Positions 59,114-64,000 of a stretch of DNA of 64,000 nucleotides are shown here, one piece after another; position 1 is the stretch's first letter; each line of letters opens with the position of its first letter. A model generated the notes under the pieces. That model was not told the origin of the DNA, did no database searches, and was given only the letters and a program-made list of their open reading frames with translations. The stretch comes from Mobula hypostoma (taxonomy: Eukaryota): positions 8,122,001 through 8,186,000 of the forward strand of contig NC_086097.1 of assembly GCF_963921235.1 (NCBI RefSeq), written 5' to 3'. A program made the position numbers and the translations under genes.

Positions 59114-62037
59114 CTAGGAATAGTTCACAAGGCGCAGGATAGATATGTTCCACAGATGAAGAAGTTCTCAAATGGCAGGGGTAGGCAACCGTGGCTGACA
59201 ACAGAAGTTAAGGATGGCATAAAAGTCAAGGAAAGAGCATACAGTATAATGTAGCAAAAATGAGTGGGAAGTTGGATGATTGGGAAGCTTTTAAAATCCA
59301 ACAAAAAGCAGCTAAAAAATCAATCAGAAGATGAAATATGAGGGCAGACTAGTCAATAATATAAAGCAAGCTACCGGAAGTTTTTTTCAGTTATATAAAT
59401 AGTAAAAGAGAGGAGAGAGTTGATATTGGACCACTGGAAAATGATTCTGGTGATGTAGTAATGGGGGACAAAGAAGTGACAGATGAATTTAATGGGTACT
59501 TTGCGCTTGTCTTCACTGTGGAAGACACTAGCAGTGTGTTAAGGTTCCATGACTGTCAGGGAGAATCAGTGGGTGTTATTGCTATCACAAAGGAATAAAT
59601 GCCAGACAAACTCAGCTGTCTTAAGGTAGATAAGTCATGTGGACCAGATGGACTACGTCCCAGAGTCCAAAGAGAGATTGCTGAAGAGATAACAGATGGA
59701 TTGGTCATGATCTTTCAAGAATACTTGATTCTGGCATGATCCCAGTCCCAGAGGAGTGGAAGATTGCTAGTGTCACTTGTATCAAGTCAAGTCAAGTCAC
59801 TTTTTATTGTCATTTCAACCATAACTGCTGGTACAGTACACAGTAAAAATGAGACAACGTTTTTCAGGACCATGGTGCTACATGAACAATACAAAAACTA
59901 CACTGAACTATGTAAAACTATGTGAACTATGCAGTAGGTTGGTGTCAGTCCAGGCTCTGGGTATTGAGGAGTCTGATGTCTTGGGGGAGGAAATTGTTAC
60001 ATAGTCTGGTCGTGAGAGCCCGAATGCTTCGATGCCTTTTTCCAGATGACAGGAGGGAGAAGAGTTTGTATGAGGGGTGCGTGGGGTCCTTCATAATGCT
60101 GTTTGCTTTACGGATGCAGCGCGTGGTGTAAATGTTTGTAATGGCGGGAAGAGAGACCCTGATGATCTTCTCAGCTGACCTCACTATCCACTGCAGGGTC
60201 TTGCGATCCGAGATGGTGCAATTTCCGAACCAGGCAGTGATGCAGCTACTCAGGATGCTCTCAATACAACCTCTGTAGAATGTGGTGAGGATGGGGGGAG
60301 GGAGATGGACTGTTCTCAGCCTTCGCAGAAAGTAGAGACGCTGCTGGGCTTTCTTTGCTATGGTGTTGAGGGACCAGATGAGATTCTCCGCCAGGTGAAC
60401 ACCAAGAACTTTGGTCTCTTAACGATCTCTATGGAGGAACCGTAGATGTTCAGTGGAGAGTGGTCGTTCCGTGTCCTCCTGAAGTCAACAACCATCTCTT
60501 TTGTTTTGTTCACATTCAGAGACACGTTGTTGGCTCGGCACCAGTCCGTTAGCCGCTGCACCTCCTCTCTGTATGCTAACTCATCATTCTTGCTGATGAG
60601 TCCCACCACGGTCGTGTCATCAGCGAACTTCATGATGTGGTTCGAGCTCTGCTCTTTAAAAAGCAGGAAAGCAAAATAAAGGAAATTATAGGCCAGTTAG
60701 CCTAACTTCAGTGGTTGAAAAAGAGTTGGAGTCTATTATTAAGGACAAGGTTTCAAGGTAATTGGAAACTAATGATAAAATGATTTAAAGTCAACATGTT
60801 TCCTGTGAAGAGAAATCTTGCCTAACAAATCTGTTTGAGTTCTTTAAGGAAGTAACCAGCATCGTGGACCAAGAAGAGATAGTGAATGTCAGTTACCTGG
60901 ATTTTCAGAATACATTTAATACGGTGTCACACATGAGGGTACTTGACTAGGTAAAATCTTATGGAATTACAGGAAAGGCAATGGCATGGATAGCGGAACA
61001 GCTAACAGGCAGGAGGTAGCAAGTGGGAATAAAGGGGAACTTTTCTGGCTGGCTGCTGGTGACTAGTGGTGTTCCACTGAGGTCTCTATTGAGACTGCTA
61101 CTTTTCACATTGTTTGCAGTGATCTGAATAATGGAATTAATAGCTTTGTGGCAAAGTTTGCGGATGATATGAAGATAGGTGGAGGGGTAGGTAGTGCTGA
61201 GGAAACAATGTGATTGCAGCAGGACTTAGACAATTTGGAAGAAAGGGCAGAAAAGTGTCAGATGGAATACAGTGTTGGGAAATGTATGATAATGCATTTT
61301 GGTAAAAGGAACAATAGTGAGGACTATTATTTAAATGGGGAGATTATTTAATGGGGAGTCCTCGTGCAAGACTCCCAAAAGTTTAGTTTACAGATTGAGT
61401 CTGTGGTAAAGAAGGCAAATGTAATGTTGCCATTTATTTCAAAGGGAATCTTAATATAAAAGCAAGGAGATAATGCTGAGCTTTTAGGCCACTGGAGCTG
61501 TCAACAGTTTTGTGCCCTATATATCAGAAAAGATGTGATGTAATTGGGGAGAGTCCAGAGAAGGTTCACTAAGATGATTCCAGGAATGAAGGGGTTAATA
61601 TATGAGGAGCATTTAGCAGCTTTGTGCCTGTACTCACTGGAATTTAGAAGAATGTGGGGTGACCTCATTGAAAACTACCGAATGCTGAAAGAACTAGTTA
61701 GGGTGGATGTGGAGACGATGTTTCCTATGGTGGGGGTATCCAGAACTAACGGGCACAGCTGCAGAATTGAGGGGTGACCCTTTAGAACAGAGGTTAGGAG
61801 GAATTTTTTTAGCAAGTGAGTATTAAATCTGCGGAATGCTCTGCTGTGTTGGACGCCAGTTCCTTGCATATATCTAAGGCGGTATTTGATAATATCCTTA
61901 TCGGTCGGGGCATCATAGGATATGGCGAGAGGCAGGTCTATGGGGTTGATTGGGATCCAGAATCAGCCATGTTAGAATGGCGGACCAGACTTGATTGGCT
62001 GAATGTCCTAATTCTGCTCCTATGCCTTATGATCTTA
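59114..62037 (+). mobile_element. CR1 ORF2 (post-endonuclease through RT) and 3' UTR, split by a Rex1
   Basis: LGIVHKAQDRYVP...QPWLT; YFALVFTVED; WKIASVT | LFK; KFADDMKIGG; tail attctgctcctatgccttatgatctta. Confidence 0.9.
59779..60648 (-). mobile_element. Rex1/Babar 3' fragment including the RT core
   Basis: MKFADDTTVVGLISKNDELAYREEVQRLTDWCRANNVSLNVNKTKEMVVDFRR; IMKDPTHPSYKLFSLLSSGKR; (TTGAC)n tail. Confidence 0.92.
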
Positions 62038-63478
62038 CGAGTCCACTCCGCCATTTCATCATGGCAGATCCATTTTTCCTCTCTGCCCCAATCTCCTGCT
62101 TTCTCCCCATATCCCTTCATGCCCTGACCAATCAAGGATTATTAACCTCTGCCGTTAATATACATACAGACTTGGCAGCAACCTCCACTGATTCTCCACT
62201 CTCTGGCTAAAGAAATTCCTCCTCATTTCCACTCTATCAGGACACTCCCTCATTCTGAGGCTGTGTCCTCTGGTCTTAGACTTTCCCACTATAGAATACA
62301 TCAACTCTAACAAGGGCTTTCAATGAGATTGCCCCACATTCTTCTGCATTCCAGTGAGTAGAGGCCTCGAGGCATCAAACGTTTTTCATATGATAAGCTT
62401 TTCAAACCTGAGTTCTTTTTTGTGACATGACCATACACTTCTCAACACTGTATTGCATCTGCCACTTGTTTGTCCATTCTTCTAATCTGTCTAGGTCCTT
62501 CTGTAGCCTCTTGACTTCCTCAAAGTTACCTGCCCCTTCATCCATCCTCATACCATCTGAAAATTTTGCAACAAAGCCATCAATTCCATTATCCAAATCA
62601 TGAACATATAACATAAATAGAATCGTTTCCAACACAGACGTTTTATGGGACACCGCTAGTCACCGGCAGACAGTCAGAAAAAGGTCCCTTTATTCCCATT
62701 CTTTGCCTCCTGTCAATCAGCTACTACTTTATCCATGCTAAAATTTTCCTTGTAATACCATCGACCCGCAGCTTGTTAAGTGGTCTCATGTGTGGCAACT
62801 TGTCAAAGGCCTTCTGAAAATCCAAAGACACAACAGCAACCAATCCTCTTTTGTCTACCCTGCTTGTTATTTCTTCAAAGAGTTCCAACAGATTTGTTGG
62901 GCAAGACTTTCCCTTGAGGAAACCACACTGACTATGGCCTATTTTAGCATTTTAGCATGTGCCTCCAAATACCTCGAAACCACATCCTTAACAAGTCAGC
63001 TGCAACATCTTCCTAATCTCTGAGGTCAGGCTATCTGACCTATAGTTTCCTTTTACTTGAAGAGTGGAGTGACGTTTGCAATTTTCCAATCTTCTGGAAC
63101 CTTTCCAGAATCCATTGATTCTTGAAAGATCATTACTAATGCCTCCACAATCTCTTCAGCCATCTCTTTCAGAAACCTTGAGTGTACACCATTGGGTCCA
63201 GGTGACTTATCTACCTTCAGTCCTTTCAGTTTTCCAAGAACCTTTTCACTAGTAATGGTAACTTCACACTCTTCATGACCCCTGATACCTGGAATTTTCA
63301 CCATACTGCTAGAGTCTTCCACAGTAAAGACTGATGCAAAATACTTGTTCAATTCATCCACTATTTCCTCCATTATGACCTCTCCAGCATTGATTTTCAG
63401 TGGTCCGATATCCAATCTCATCTCTCTTTTACACTTCATGTGTCCTTCTTAATATTATTGGCTTGCTTACTTTCGTAT
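62038..63478 (-). mobile_element. CR1 remnant with an internal deletion, tail-to-tail with the preceding CR1
   Basis: LNKYFASVFTVED...KSPGPNGVHSRFLKE...VPEDWKIANVTPLFK; FVAKFSDGMR...LQKDLDRLEEW. Confidence 0.88.
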
Positions 63479-63637
63479 GGCAGCATCCATCATTAGGGAC
63501 CCTCAGCATCTAGATATGCCTGATCCTTACTAATATTTTGGGAGGAAGTACTGGAGCCTGAAGACCCACAGTTATTATTTTGGGAACAGTTTCTTCCCCT
63601 ACCCTATCAGATCGCTGAGTGGTCCATGAACACTGCC

Positions 63638-64000
63638 TCATAGAGTCATAGAAAAGCACAGCACAGGAACAGGTCCTTCAGCCCATCTAGTTCATGCTGA
63701 ACTATTTTAACTGCCTAGCCCATTAACCTGCCCTCCATACCTCTACCATCTCTGTACCTAGCCAAACTTCTCTTAAACTTTGAAATTGAGCTTGCATTCA
63801 CCACTTGCACTGGCAGTAAGCTCCACACTCTCACGACCCTCTGAATGAAGAAGTTTCCTCTCATGCTCCCTTTAAGCTTTTCACCTTTCACCCTTAACAC
63901 ATGACCTCTGGTTATAGTCCCACTCAACTTTGCTGGAAAAAGTCTGCTCGCATTTACCCTGTATTTACCCCTTATAATTTTGTATACCTCTGTAAAATCT
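63638..64000 (-). mobile_element. CR1 3' end, runs off the window
   Basis: TRGHVLRVKGEKLKGSMRGNFFIQRVVRVWSLLP; inverted tail tcatagagtcatagaaaag. Confidence 0.85.

Overview
Repeat-saturated vertebrate non-genic DNA (intergenic or deep intronic). The repeat mix suggests a cartilaginous fish, probably a ray; this is an inference, not a database result. I found no intact host protein-coding gene, rRNA, tRNA or CRISPR array, and the ORFs I can recognise are all decayed transposon remnants. Contents: many nested CR1 LINE pieces; Rex1/Babar 3' fragments; a 5'-truncated RTE LINE with TSDs plus several short RTE-derived elements; two Hero-type (RLE-endonuclease) non-LTR remnants; Penelope-like remnants whose pLTRs carry degenerate minimal hammerhead ribozymes; four solo LTRs with TSDs; a hAT transposase fossil with one TIR; a deleted PIF/Harbinger element; a Tc1/mariner-type MITE with self-palindromic termini; and V-SINE/Deu-type SINEs. 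The most unusual structure is at 55.5-62.0 kb, where a CR1 is split into two collinear, opposite-orientation pieces with a Hero element fused inside the inverted piece. This fits 5'-inverted (twin-primed) retrotransposition of a chimeric Hero-CR1 RNA. Family names come from motif recognition, and boundaries without TSDs are approximate.
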